Source: the human T2T-CHM13v2.0 reference genome, Homo sapiens
DNA: 64,000 nucleotides
Reading direction: 5' to 3' (one strand)
Assembly: GCF_009914755.1 (NCBI RefSeq)
Contig: NC_060928.1
The notes under the pieces were generated by a model. That model had not been told where the DNA came from. It searched no databases and worked only from the letters and a program-made list of their open reading frames with translations. Below, in pieces: positions 1 to 16,319 of the stretch. A program made the position numbers and the translations under genes. The stretch's first letter is position 1; each line of letters starts with the position of its first letter.

Positions 1-54
1 CTCCCTCTCTCTCATTTTCTCCTCCTTCTACTTTATATCATGGTCCTTTGTCCT

Positions 55-200
55 GCATCAGAATCACCTGGGGAGCGCTTAAGCCATCCTGATGCCTGGG
101 GCCCCACCTTCAATGGTTCTTATTTAATTGGGCAGACAAAGGGCCCAAGAATCAGTGTAAAAACTCCTCAGGTGACCTCAATGTGCAGCCAGGTTTGAGA
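55..200. mobile_element. MER5A-like hAT-Charlie fragment within L2-like sequence
   Basis: ctgcatcagaatcacctgggg...caggtgacctcaatgtgcagccaggtttgagaa motif typical of MER5. Confidence 0.6.
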
Positions 201-789
201 ATGAGATATGCACTGGTTGAGTGACTTTATTCACTCTCAAGGCTGACAACTCACAAATCGTTATCTTCAGTCCCAACTTTTCTTAAGCTCTATTCATACT
301 TCCAATTACTTTTTAGATAATTCCATCTGGATGCTCAACAAATACAAAAAAAACATAATAAGTGCTGAATATGATGTGATCGATTCACACTGCAATAGGT
401 GTGAATCCATCACAATATCTCCTCACATTGGCCTTCTCTCTATAAACTTTGTCCTCCAGTCTTATTCTTCTTCAATAATAAAATCATTAATGGATGCTGG
501 AGTTGAATTTCTCTTTTCCATTCAAAAATTTCTAAAAATTTTCATTATTTATGAAGTGTGTATAAATAATAACACACAACACAATGAAATGTGCTTTCTC
601 TACTTTTAGAAAATTGATGAGATGGATGTGACACTTTTTAAATGAATGACTTCTCCCCAAATACATATTTGCCTGGGGTTTATCTGATTAGCTTATGAAA
701 ATTATCAAATGAGATCACACAGACAATTTGTGTCATTATAATGAACCAAATTTTGAAAACATACAGTCAAAAAAACTTTTTTTTGTTAT

Positions 790-1010
790 AAGGAAAACAG
801 TGCTTTGGAGTCAGGCAGAGTTGGCTTTGAATCCCAGCCCTCCCACTAATTGAGCTTGCAGCCTTGCGCAGGCTATAAGCTCCCAGAATCATAATCTTCA
901 CCTGTACAAATGGAGGGTGCATCCCTCCTGGGGTTGTAGGGGGATTTAAATGAGATACGAAAAGAAAGCACCTGGAATTAGGAGACAGTCAATAAGTGTA
1001 ATTTAATTGC
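790..1010 (+). mobile_element. MIR SINE fragment
   Basis: ctttggagtcaggcaga...tttgaatcccagc...cacctgtacaaatgg...aaatgagat MIR core. Confidence 0.65.
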
Positions 1011-3005
1011 CTCTTCCCTAGAACTAACTTGACCCTACACAAAGCTATACCTACCTAAATGTATTTTAAACAATGATGATTCAGTGCCTCTTAGTGTCTC
1101 TATTAAGAAGTACATGTACATATCTTCAAATTCATAATACCAAATTAATAATATCTTCCAAAAAAACACCTGAAAGAAATCTGACTTTCAATTTACCACT
1201 GCACAGGACTATAGGTAGTGGTTTATGAGTCTTCATACATAAAACACTCCCAGTGAGGAAAGTGTCGTCTTATTTACAGCCTCAATCCCTGCTAGTGTAT
1301 GTACAGAAGAGATGTCATATCTCTAGCCTTTCTACATGGGGACCAATTCCAGCTCTTGCAGTAGAAGGAGAAAGTGTTTAGAAATCCCTCCAACAGTGAG
1401 GTCATTCAATTCTACTGACGCCTTCAGTCTGGTACAGTGTTCTCAAAATACTAACATGATTTTATTAACGAATATGAATGATTCCTAATTTGATTACAAT
1501 TTTTAGGACTAGAGCATATTGACAGTATATGGTATGTTCCCAGAAAAGGTGTATAAAACTGCCATCCCTACTTGTGTGCAGTGTGATTTAAGGAGCAACT
1601 TTTTATAGCTCCTAGACTCATGGTTTTATAGTTTCGCTGTTACTGCTATTTTATAATAGTCAGAACCATTGGCTGCCTAAGTCCTGTCAGGGAAAGAGAA
1701 GTTTTGTAGCAAAACAAGGAGATCATTTTTCAATGGCTCAGGCTTCCATAATTTCTTTTGAGTAGCAACTCCAGCATTCAGCAACCCTCACATTTCAAAA
1801 ATGCTCTGTTACCTCTTTCCTAAATACTTTATTCTTCAGTTTAAATTTTTATTTATTTACAGTATCAGCAAAGACAGAGAAATATGGATTAAATTTTCCA
1901 GTGGATTATCCATTTATAGCTGGTCACTAAATATGGGATAAGTTATAATCCAGTTTTATCTTGACTTTCCGTAGTCATTTTCTCACTTCCATTCACTCCC
2001 CTCTCATCTTTATTATTAAACATGATAAAAATGAAGCTACCAAAGACAGATTCCAATGTTCTTGTATTTAGAGTGTATATAATGGGACCCCATTTAGATA
2101 AGACAGTTATTTTCCAAACAATACTTATTTCCAATAATTTTTCTCATGGTTTGCTATCAAAAGTTTTAGAATTATAACTATGCTCATGTTTTACTATTAA
2201 AAAACAGAAGACAAATATCTGGGGCAAAGTGATATAATTTTAAAAAAGGACAACTATGGCCTCTCCCTCAGTGCTGCATTCTTCACAATGCCCTGGGCAG
2301 AAGGAATGTGTCCCAGGGTGATTCATATATTTGGGGGTTTCCTGGAATGTCTGACACTAGGAGTAGTAATCATAGCTATTTTCCAATATATTTAATGTAT
2401 TTTCTGAGTTGTTCCTTTTTAAAATAAGCAAATTAGTGTCACAGTAAGAAAAAAATTTATAATCTGACATTCAAGTCTTATTTTCTGTTTCTAACAAGAG
2501 GGAGAATATATTTGTAATCACAATAATATAGACATTATGATAAGAAAGGATGATGTTGCACCTTTAGATGATACAAATACATAGCTGAATATCATTAAGC
2601 ATTTAGGAATGTGAGCCATAGTCGGCAGAAGGTATAGACTTTTAATTCCAAATGAAACAAAAAGCTTTATCTTCTGATACACTTTGACTATCTTCAAGAA
2701 GACTAATGTGTTGATTTTATAAGTGTCTTCCTTATACTTTTAGAATCAATACAAGCAGGCACTGCTTATATTATGAAATAATTGGACTATAACCCCATCT
2801 CTTTCTAAAGCCTTGCCAAGTATGGGATGCAAATGCCAGTAAATAACAATACAAAAAAAAAATCATTTTTTCCCCATCAATCAGAATGCTCCAAAGTTCA
2901 TATATCATGGAAACATATAAGTAGAAATTATAACAAATTATAATCTGATTCTGATTTACATGTTTATAACACCTTCAATATGATCCTGTAGGCTGAATTT
3001 TGTGA

Positions 3006-3306
<301 letters not shown>

Positions 3307-4159
3307 TAGTGTAACCTTTTACATAAAGTTGACTTTTTAAGGGTTTCAAATACCTAAGAACTTGTTTATTTCTTTAGTTCAGGATAAATAAACAACATCC
3401 CTGCATTTTACCAAAAGGGCAATGTAATGTTTTGTTGTTGTTAAAAAGGAAGGAAAGACCAATTAAATTCTTTGCAGAGATACTTCAGAGATAGGTGGAC
3501 TTTGGTCAGGACCATGCTAACAATGAGAGGTTCTCAGCTCCAAAAACCACTTTTGGCATCCTTTGCCCTTCTGATACACAAACTTGTTAACCCTATGATT
3601 GGTTAAGGAATTGTCTAATCATATATGTCAATAATAGAGAGCAAAACATCTTGCAGTTTTCTTATTATACTCTCCTGTGAAAGACAGATGTGTTGTGTCT
3701 AATTATTCACTGATTGGTATCGGGAGAAACGTTAACATAATTGGCACATTTGTTCTAATTAACAGAGGGAAACTGCCACATGCCACCCAACATGAAAAGT
3801 GAGTCCAGCAAGCATTAGCTAGAAAACTCCACGTCTATCAGAAAGGTTACTCTGTTAAACTCATACTGAGGCCCATCAAGTCAGAGCACAGGTTGAAAAT
3901 GATATAGCAGAGTTGAGAACTGTGTGCACACCTAAAAGAATGGAGATTTAGCCTAGAATCCTTGTCTATAGGTACATTAATCAAACAAATGGGAAAAGCA
4001 ATTATGGGGCTATTATCAAATGTACACTCAGCCAAGCCAAGCTTCTCCAAGGAGCATTAGCTAGTAGCTGGGAATCTGCCAAGTTTTACTGACTGGTTTG
4101 GAAGTGACAAATCTGACGTTTTTGTGTATTTGTTTGTTTTAACTTTGTCCTTTACACCA

Positions 4160-4330
4160 GAGCTTTTCAAACTGCATTTTAGAATCACATGGAGAGCTTT
4201 AAAAAATCTCGATAACCTGGCTATATATCATGTCTATTAAATCAGAATCTCTGGGTGGGATATAAGCATTGGTAGATTCTAACAATTCCCAGGTGATTCC
4301 ACTGTGCCTCCACTTCTGAGAACCAGTACT
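4160..4330. mobile_element. MER5-like DNA transposon fragment
   Basis: ttttcaaactgcattttagaatcacatggagagc...aatcagaatctctggg...ccaggtgattcc...tgagaacc. Confidence 0.6.
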
Positions 4331-4340
4331 GCAGAGTGGT

Positions 4341-4641
4341 TTTGTTTGTTTGTTTGTTTTCTGAGACAGGGTCTTGCTCTGTTACCCCAGCTGGAGTGCA
4401 GTGGTGTGATGACGGCTCACTGCAGCTGTGGCTTCGACCTCCCAGGCTCGAGTGATCCTGCCACCTCAGTTCCTGGAGTAGCACACACCGCCATGCCTGG
4501 CTAATTTTTATTTTTTTATTTTTTGTAGAGTTGGGGTTCTCTTACATTGCCCAGGCTGGTCTTGAACTCCTAGGCTCGAGTGATCCTACTGCCTTGGCCT
4601 CCCAAACTGCTGAGATTACAGTTATGAGCCACTGTGCCTGG
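4341..4641 (-). mobile_element. AluJ-like
   Basis: gagacagggtcttgctctg...ctcgagtgatcct; diverged, with (TTTG)n tail. Confidence 0.85.
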
Positions 4642-4764
4642 TGAAGACTGGTTTGATGATCTTGCTAAGATTTTCATTAAGAGTTCTGGGTCTGAGATTC
4701 TAAGCTCCTAGATCGTGTTGATGTAGATAATCTATGTACCACAGTTAGAATAGCAAGGCCTTGA

Positions 4765-5070
<306 letters not shown>

Positions 5071-6248
5071 AAAGCCTTGACAATTCTAAAAGACATTGAT
5101 AGCTAATACTCTTCTGTAGACTTTCACAGGTAGGTTTGGCTCTAATTGCTCCGGAGTTTGAAGTCCTACTATTATTTTCTTATTTCTCCCACTGGTGAAA
5201 GGTATCTCACCTTCCCTTGTAGGTGCTTTAAACAATCAAAAAAGTTCTCTACTGTGGATAATTATGCTGGATGTTCTCTCTTGCTAAAAACCAGAGGCTA
5301 CTTTGTAGATTTTTGCTTCTCAGTTTTGGAAAAAAACAAGTATCCATTCACTTCTGTGTTGACCACTGTGAAATATACTTTGCACCTTTCAGTAGGTTTG
5401 TGCAAGTCTGGGTATTTTTGTGCTTTAAAAAAAATGTTGGTCTTTAAGCAAGCTGAAATTATATCTTTAGACAATGGTAAAAAATATAGCCAAAGGATAA
5501 AAATACCAAGTGGAAACTAGTGGCATTTTGCTCAGTTGTTGTTACTTCTGTAAAGGAAAGGCATTTGCCAAGAAAGGGAATTTGTTTTCCTGCTGGGGAA
5601 ACACTCTCTTAATTGCACATATGTCTAGCTTATTGCTTTTGAGGGTTGAACATACATAGGCCATATTGCAGAGGTGAACTTGTCTTGAAATCTGAAAACT
5701 TCTAAAACCTAAGTTCAACTATGAGGAGATAAAAGCATGATGACAAATGAACTAATACCAACAACAACCAAATAAAATAAAATAACCAAAACCTAAAGTA
5801 AAATGACTATATGTAATAACACCATCCAAGGGAACAAAATGTCATTGAAGTGTCCGTAAAAGGCTAACTTTTACAGGGCAAAAGGGCAACAAATTGACTA
5901 ATCTGTAGCTAGTTCCTAACCAGTTTTTACTATAAACTTGCCTTTCAGGATAAGTAACTCTCAGCCTTTCTTCTTATTTACCAGTTAAAAGTGTTCAGGT
6001 CTATAGCTAAGTCTGACCATCTGTAGAAAAATACATGCTTTTTGCTCTCTCTGACTCCATAATGAGTTTATGATAGTGTGTGTAGGCATATAAAAATTAT
6101 TGGAAGAAATCCCAAAGCAAGGGAACTTATTGAAGAAAAACCTTTTTTGAACAAATGAAGGCCAACAAAAATTTTTGAAAACCCTCCTGCTCTGTGACTA
6201 TGGGCACAGGTTAGGTCTTTGCCTGCTGCTGAATCTCTACTGAGATAG

Positions 6249-6584
<336 letters not shown>

Positions 6585-6739
6585 ACAGCTGAGGTTTATT
6601 AACCATTGATCTTAGGTCATCTGAATAAAGCTCATTCTGGTGGGTCTGCTGAACTTCCACATGGAACATTTCAGTTTCTTCTGAAAGACTAAATATTTTC
6701 TAGATTTTCATCATTAAATAAACCCATAAAGGTGTCCCT

Positions 6740-7350
6740 AAATCCATTCTTGCACTTCTAAAATCTATTTTCCATGCAGCAACCAGAATGATCTTTTAAA
6801 GGTGAATGTCAGGTCTCGACAATTCCTTAATGTCTCCATTGGCTTTTCAGGCATTTAAAGAAAACTCCAAATCACTTACCGTCTCTGCAAGTCTGCGCCC
6901 TCGTTCCCTCTTTCCTGACTGAATGTCGTCCTGCCTTCCTCCTTGCTCACTGGGTCTCAGACACACTGGCCTCCTTTTTAACCCTGTAACCAATCACCTC
7001 CTCCTGAGGGTACTTGTCCTTGTTGCTCCCATCACCTGGAGCTTTCTTACTCAGATCTTTTCAAGACTAGCTCCTTCCTTACCTTCAGATCTCAGCTCCA
7101 TTACTGTCTCTTCAATAGACTTTCCTTGAATTCTAAAGTCATCCGCAATCCCCAACAACCATCACCCTCTCTCATATGACCTTGTGTAATTTCCTTTAAC
7201 TTGTAATTATCTGAAAATATCTCACTCATTTTTCTTACATTCTTGCTTATTGTTTTTCTCCTCGAGGGACTTAACTGACTCGTATTTCCTACAACCAGAA
7301 AAATGTCTGGCATACCATGCATCTGCAGTAAATCTTTCTTATATAAGTGA
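6740..7350 (+). mobile_element. L2 LINE 3' fragment
   Basis: tccatgcagcaaccagaatgatcttttaaa...cacactggcctcc...ccttcagatctcagctc; pyrimidine-rich L2 3' region. Confidence 0.6.
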
Positions 7351-9741
7351 ATTGATGATTTTTAGAAATCTGCATTTTATACTATAGGCTTAAAGCAACC
7401 ACTAAGTACATGCAAAAATCAAGCCACAGATGTATAATAAGTCAGATAAAATCTGTTATTTCTTTTGCTTTAAAATGCATGTTTATGTTGCTTAAACTTA
7501 TTGCAATTTTAATTTGGCTTACAGTGTTTCTGGGCTTGTGGTGATCTCTGTGTGTAACTATTAGAGGCAGATATCAGAAAAAAATATGGGATTTTTCCCA
7601 TACTTTTTCACCCCAAAAAGTATGGGATGATCATAATAAGGAGGTGACTTTGGCGAATGTTGATTGGACCAAAGCAAAGCTTGAAGGCTGACTGCTAGTA
7701 AGGGAACCTAATACTTTTGAAAACCTGTCTTCAAGGCTGAGAATCATATCATAACCAAAACTCTGTCTTGTAGCTACACACGTGGTAGCAGAAAATTCCA
7801 ATGGGTAATTACTGGGCACTGAAAGCAACATCTCCCTCCAAACCAGTATTCAGATTCTTCTTTCCTCTCTAAACTCTTTTGCCTGAAAAGAGTGTAAAGC
7901 ACCACTCTGGAGACAATATAGCTGCATGGAAATTCATCAATATGAAGTTCCTATTATGGAAGAATGGCAAGGAAACGTGAAGGACTCATGAAACAAAGTG
8001 TTCAGCAGCCATATGAATAATCAATTAGATGGAGAGCCACCTGATGCTGCACATTTGGCGGAGCCTCCAGCTGCCACCAGTTTTCTGCCCTGTCAGTATC
8101 AGCTTAAAAAAATCTGTTCCCTGTTTATCACGACTATACTCAGTAAAATAATCTATTCTTTTGCACCTCACCCCATATTTTCCTACTTGCTAATTAGAGA
8201 TGCAAATGTTGATAAATAAGATGACAGTTTCTAAGCACAACTGGGTCAATAAGTTGAACATTGTGCCCTGTTCCTCCAATTAAACTCCTATGAGAAATAG
8301 CTCAATTATAATTAGAGAAGCAATTATCCCCTTGTTAAAGGTGAAAGAAATCACAGGTTTTAGAGAAAAATTCAGCTTTGCTCCTTCTGCCATGCCAACA
8401 AATCTTGTATCCATTGATGTTTTGATCCTAGTACTCTCCAAAAGAGATAATCTGATAAAGCATCTCGGAATATATTTCTGGCTCTCCATGTGACAGTAAC
8501 ATTTTCTAGGCATAAAATAAAATGAGCAAAGAGGATTAATTTCATAGAGTGCTGCTATTATGCTAGTGGAATAACCCAGCACCAGTTCCATGGGTGTATT
8601 AATTTTCTTGCTTCTTCAGGGAGATGGGGGGAAGGTTTATCTGTTGAAAGAAAGGCAAATGCCTCACCAGAAATGGAAGAAAACAATCACATTTTTGGCT
8701 TGATCCTAACAAAAGTGTTATTAAAGGAAACACTGAGCTATATCATTTTAGAGTATTCCTGGGATTTGTTTTTCTTTCTTTCACCTGGTTTACTTGAAAA
8801 TTTATATATTATTATTGACACCTCCCTTATAGTCCTGGAACTCAAGTGTCTCCCACTCCCAGTGGCCTTGGTTCCTGGTCCTAGTGGTTTGGAACCTTGC
8901 CCTCAGGGTTCAGACTGATGGAGTCTGTCATCCCACACCAAGATCTCTCAATAGGATTGCATCTTCAGGGACGAGAAACACCCTTTTTCTAGAGCTTTCC
9001 ATCTCCTGAGGTGCTGCCTCCATGTCACATCCAGCAGGGCCTCTTTCTGTCATTTAGTTAAATATACTTAGAGAATCTGCTAAGTGACTTATAACCTGCT
9101 GGCATTAGAGATAAAACATGAACAAAAAACTTTTTGCTTCTTATTTCATCATGAGCTTGTCAGGCAAGAAGAAGAGTAAACAGATAAATTTCAATACAAT
9201 CGGTAGGCAGAGCTATATAAAATTGTGGCATGTGGGGGCTGCAATTTAGCCAGGTACACTGGTTCATCCATGCCAGGTATTCGATGTGGAAACAGTTCTG
9301 TATCTGTTGCTAAATTACTGAGTGTCCCTCACCCGCAGGCCCTGGCTGGCTCCCTGGGATTTCTGGATACCCTGTGACCCGGTGGCTAAAGGGTTATATC
9401 TGATAGAGCGCTAGGCCCCCAAGAGTCTGCTCTCGTGCTAAGGAAGCCATGCAGTTATTAAATCTTTGGAATAAAGTCCCCAGATATAAAGAAAGGACTT
9501 TAGGGAGAACAGACGAAGGAGCAGGCAAGTCTAGAGTTCTGAAACTCTTGTGCTTCAGCCCTAGGGTCCCCTGTTTTCTTATTGGAAAGGGCTTAAAGAA
9601 GTATAAGGAGTCCTCGGTTGGCCTCTTCCTCCTCTGAGACTTACTTTGTCACACTCTTTCCCTGGGCCCTGAAAAGAAGACCTACAAAGAGTAGCCTCAG
9701 GCTAAATTTCCTCTTTGGGAGAAAATATAAGGGCTGGTCTA

Positions 9742-10161
<420 letters not shown>

Positions 10162-10399
10162 TTATTTGGTAGTGTTGTTGAAAGAGCATTTCCTTATTTT
10201 AAAGCTCACAATATTGTCTTCATTTGTAGCGTGTGTGGACTCCAGCCAAAGCAACTGACTAGAGAACATAGGAGAGAATCTTGGTGACAGAAGCTTCCCC
10301 TCTGCATACCCCACAGTGCCAAGAAGAGGGGCAAGGTACTCAGTAAGAATTTTGAATTTAAGAGGTTGAGTTTGGTCTTGTGTGAATTAAAAAATTATA

Positions 10400-10620
10400 A
10401 TATAACAATAGTACCAATGTTTCTTGAGTGCTTTTGACATGTTCTAAGTGATTTGCATATATTATCTCATTTAAACCTCACAACCACATTCTGCAAAGAC
10501 ACTATTATTATCTCCCCTTTATAGTTGAGGATACTTTGGTTCACAGTATTTAAATACTTTGGCCAAAGTAAAAAATGGTGATGTTTGGGTTTGAACCTGG
10601 AATTCTGTAAGAAAATTAGA
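10400..10620 (-). mobile_element. MIR fragment
   Basis: attatctcatttaaacctcacaacc...attattatctcccctttatagttgagga...gggtttgaacc. Confidence 0.6.
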
Positions 10621-13314
10621 AAACATTCTATGGTGGAGACTATAGGATGCCAAAATAGGGAAGAAGTAAAATATTATTACCTTAGAAATGCCTATGCCAT
10701 TATTTGTAGCCAAAGTGGTATATCAAAACTAAGACTAGAGTTCTTGAAAAACTTATTGATTTGGAGAGAAAAGGAATTACTGCTTCCTGACATTCTGCAA
10801 AGAATGTACCTGACTACTTCCTCAATAGAACTAGCCATATGCTTATACAACAAAGATCAATTGAAACAATCAGCCATATGTTCATTGAACATATTTTGCC
10901 TGACTCTTTCTTGGAATCATTTGCCTTGGAGACAAAAGGAGCACAAATCCAGTCTGGCCTCATCTCCCAACGACTGATCTAATTATTACAAAACACATGA
11001 GTTTTACCTGCTGGTTTTCCTTTAAGATCAATATTTCACTTTATCCTATTTTTATGCTTAAAGATTCTTTAAACAAATAAATGAAATATTAAATAATGAA
11101 TGCATTTATATTAGAAGGAAAATGGTCGTATAATCCTTTAACTCACTAAGTTACCTTTCATCCCTTTCTTTTTTAACGTATCTGCTCCTCTTGAGCAAAT
11201 GGCAGTTGTAATATGTCATGTTAAGGTATTCATTAGTTTTCTGATCTTGGTGATTTTAATAGTGTTGAAAAGAATCTACACAGGAATTTATTAGCCTGCT
11301 CTTGAGCATGTATGTTTGATCTCTCTTCTGACTTTAAAAAATGAAAAAGAAATGCATATTAAATATAGTTCTTTGAATGTCAAATGGGTATATGATTTTT
11401 GAGCTTGCCAAGTTTTAATTGGTCTCTTCCCTAGTGATGATACAAATAGAATTCACAGCCAATTAGTTTGCAGTCATGAATCTTTACTCCTTGACAAAGT
11501 GAACTACTTTGTCAAGGAGACTGAAAAAAATGAAGAAATTACTAAGATCTCCCCCCACCTAAAGTCTTTGCAAGGATCAGTTACCTTTTAGAAGCCCTGA
11601 GCAAAAATGATGCCATGGATACCCATGTTGCTCATGATCTGTTTTGGGTTTTAAGGTGGTTTCATGGAGGAGGTGTGCATTAATATTTTAGAAATACCAT
11701 TAAGAAGACATATGCACTATTGTCATTATCAAAATGAAATATTGAATAGAGAAGAGTTTTCTCCTTCCTAGTCGTATTAAATCATACTGTGTCTTAGTGC
11801 TGCGAGATAAGGTTTTGATGCTGTTGAATGAAATAGCTACTATCAAGCAAAATCTCTGATACAATTGGCATGAGATGCCAAATTAAGGCAAAAAAATAAC
11901 TCTCTTTCAAAGTAAAAAAAAAGGAATTTCATTAAAATTTCCTTTGAGTTCTTTGCATTGACTCATAGAGATATGAATGGCTGTGATAGAAAAATGGGGT
12001 TATTTCATAAGGACTCTGCCTAAATTTTCAATTAATTATTATTATTACTATTAAAAGAACAATCAGATGTTTGAGCTTGTTGTCAGGGGACCAGCTAACT
12101 ACCTGACCCCATCTTTACTTCTTGAAAAAAATGGAAAACTATGAGAAGTAAAATAGTAAGTACATTATTAATTATTAATTGCTTTATGGACTATGTTGAA
12201 AGTCTCATTAGTATTATTTTTCCGTTTCAGAGATAGGCACAACTTCAGGGCTTAATTTTTAAAAATTCATATACATTGAACCCATATATAGGTCCCAATT
12301 GCAACAACTGAAATATGCCTCTTTCAACACATGCAATAGAGAGTAAAACTTTCAAATGACTCAGTGTAGTTTGGAGGCCAACAAGGACCACCACCAAACT
12401 GGCAGCTATGCCACTTGTCAAATTAATGTGTGCTTGGACTTGTAGGACACGGGGTCAATTAGGGCAATAGTGTCAGATGCATATAAGGATGTCTCCTAAT
12501 AATCATTTAAAGGGTAACCTGTTTTTAGAGTTTAGGATTTATTTGTTAACAAATGAAAGACACAGTATTAGTTTTCCTCAACAGTGTGATCTAAGATGAT
12601 GGTGAGTGCTTGCAATCTCTTCTGGGTCACAGAGTCCTCTTCCCCAAAGAGAGATATTTTCAAAGGACATGGTATTGTGTGTTGCTAATGAAAAGTCATG
12701 GTATGCATCTGATTTGTAATACTTCATTAGCAACCAATAGGCTTTGTTCTAGCAGAAACAAAAAGTGGAAAATGTAGGACTTGATGGAAAGTTTATAGGA
12801 TGAAACTAATTGACACCTTTTACTCCTAAAATGTGTTTTTATGCAAGGTGTGTGGGCATGGCTTTTAGGTATGTCTATGACTTCATCATGGAATGGAAAA
12901 TACATATGTAAGGTGCACAGGCTCACAGACACAGAAAAACACACTCTCTTCTTACACTCACATTTTTCGCATATCAGCAAGAACAATAATAAAATTGATG
13001 GCACATTGTTAAGTCATACCATCTCTCTATGATAAGTGCCAGACAAAATAAAGCAGTATTTCTGATTTCTTGAAAGAGAATGACAAAACTAAACCAAGCT
13101 GCCTGTGGCTTTGTCCAATGGGGCATTCTAATTGACTCCCAAGTCATTAATCAGTTCCCAATCAATCTATTTTGCCAGCAGCAGGCAGTTAGGACTCTAT
13201 TACCAACCATTCATCATGCCATACCCTAATTCACTGCACCATTAGCCATGGATTAGGCCTCTGTTAGAATAACTTAGTGCCAATTGCTAAATGCAAAGAA
13301 TTGTTGTTATTCAC

Positions 13315-13418
13315 CTCAGCCACTGGGATCCCTTCAGGTGGTCGACACTGGAGTAAGACTTCCTGTTCCAAAGACACTTCCTTTCCTAGGGGTTCCTGCT
13401 CAAATGTCTTCCGTAGAT
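13315..13418 (-). CDS. UNC5C: UNC5C internal coding exon (probably exon 4; start of Ig-like domain 2), 104 nt
   Basis: Not in the ORF track. Minus strand ttttacgttccag|AT CTA CGG AAG...GTG GCT GAG|gtgaat encodes (Y)[34 protein letters not shown]. The T ending the upstream exon plus AT makes the Tyr codon, so the frame is continuous. Confidence 0.95.
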
Positions 13419-13516
13419 CTGGAACGTAAAAGTGACAAAATACATGTCAAAATTAAACAACATTTTCTCATTTACAGAGAGTACAAAAAATTTTCTGGCT
13501 TAGTATTTTATCTGTG

Positions 13517-13848
<332 letters not shown>

Positions 13849-14847
13849 TAACCACATGTTGTTAGCACTTTACTATAATCTGGTGACTATATTATGTGGA
13901 ATAAATTGTGAAATTCAGAGGTTATGAACTGTTCCTACTTTAAACTTCAATGGAAGCCTTTGGCAGTCCTTATTTTAACAATTAATAAAGTTCATTAATT
14001 GCTTTTTGTTAGGATTTTTTGATCATCAATTATGATGATCACAGTTTTAAATCAAAAGAACCCCATTCTCTTGATTCTTATGCCTACAGATTCCCTTATG
14101 TATATACATATTTTCCTCTTTTCTCACAATGGATACTACTGAAGCTCCAGTAACTCTGGAATCTTTTGATTAATACTCTAAGTGAGTTTCCATTTCAAAG
14201 TGGAAAACAGAATGCTGGAATCTATAAGGAAGAAACATAACTTCTTCAGGTGTCTCAAGTACAAGGCAGAGAAAAGAGAATTGAGAACAGTCCCAAGATA
14301 TCACTACATTTAATCATATGGCCATTCTTTAATTAGAAGACTAGTCATTTCTGCTCACATATCCCAGGCATCTAATTATGTATTTATATAGATATAGTTG
14401 ATACAGGAGTATGCAGCTGAGTTTTACAAACTGTTGTTAGATGGGCACAAAAATGTTAGAAGCCAGTTTGTCATTTTAAACACATCAGAGGCACATACTT
14501 CAAGAGATAGGTTTAACTAAATCATCCCTGAATACCATATAATTATTTTGTTTTAATGGTTTGGCTTTAAACTCTATATACATTTAGTCTAATTTCTAAA
14601 GTTAGAAAATTAATTTAATCATAGAACTTTGAAGCAGCATTTTTTTAAAATGCCTACAAAAATTTTATTTCATGCATGTACAGTTCAGTTCCTTCCATTA
14701 AAGAGTTATTAGAATTTTACCCAGTGAATTTTAATAAAAAATTAATGCCTCTGTTCTGTTATCCCAGGTCCCTGATAAAGACATAAGAATCTGAAAGCAG
14801 CATTGCAGTGGATTGAACTAGCGAGTGGAAACCTGAAGACTCTAGAG

Positions 14848-15193
14848 CAGTGGTCCCTAACCTTTTTGACACTAGGGACTGGTTTCATGGCAGATAATTT
14901 TTCCACTGACTGCTGGGGCGGGGCATGGGGGGGATGGCTTTGGGATGAAACTGTTCCACCTCAGATCATCAGACATTAGTTTGATTCTCATAAGAAGTGT
15001 GCAACCTATATCCTTCGCATCTGTAGTTCACATAGGGTTCATGCTCCCGTGAGAATCTAATGCCACCACTGATCTGACAGGAGGCAGAGCTCAGGTGTTA
15101 ATGCTCACTAGCCTGCTCACCTCCTGCTGTGCGACCAGCTCCTAACAGACCACGGACCAGTACCAGTTCTCAGCCCAGGGGTTGTGACCCCTG
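14848..15193 (-). mobile_element. MER1B hAT-Charlie element
   Basis: Termini cagtggtccctaacc / ggttgtgacccctg; internal gagaatctaatgccaccactgatctgacaggagg. Confidence 0.85.
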
Positions 15194-15462
15194 CTCGCAA
15201 GGTATATCCCTAATAGAGCTCTACCAGAAAGCACCTGGAAAAAAATGCACTGAGAAAGGACTGCATTGTTACACATTTGCCATATTGTTGAATTTCTCAG
15301 CAGAAGAAAACCCTCAAGATTATAAAGGTTGTGAGAAAATCATAGATCTATGAGGGTCTGAGGCAAGACAAGAGACCTCCAAATGTGATAGAATTTCTAT
15401 CAGAAAAATGCTTCTAATTTGATTGTCAAGACATTGAATATATTGTAGAAATGAACATTTGG

Positions 15463-15804
<342 letters not shown>

Positions 15805-16319
15805 TTAAAGTTATCTAAACCATGTCATTATCTTACTTCCAAAAAACATGTTGACCAAATTACCTGGAGCCTCACAGCATAATAATCAATGGCTGCCTTA
15901 GAACCTGCTGATACGGATTTTCTACATTTTGCCACCCCACACATCCCCCGACATCTCTTTTGGTTAATTTGTACTCTTCCAATGGAAACATTAAGAATTT
16001 TCTCTTCTGATGTGGTGGCTTCTCTTGTTTTTTTGATCTGCACTGAGATAAAATTTGATGAAACACCAGATACCAATAAAAAGAGCAGCAGTGAATATCA
16101 TTTATGAGCTTCAATGTTCTTGACAAAGTATATCTTGTTTGTAAAAAATGATTCTGAGAAACTTCTGCCTGATGTGGGGTTGGGCAAAGACATAATAACT
16201 GGAATGAGTTCTCAAATTAAATAACATAGTGACTCACTCTGATTTAAATTAATCAAGATATCACAAAATGAGGGCTAAGAACAAGAAAAAGTAAGGCATA
16301 TATGTATTTAAATAGAGCA

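Noticed and set aside
9240-9735. GC-richer segment with TATA- and AATAAA-like words as a possible internal promoter
   Set aside because: No CpG island or exon link. It is more likely an old LTR remnant that I cannot assign by eye.
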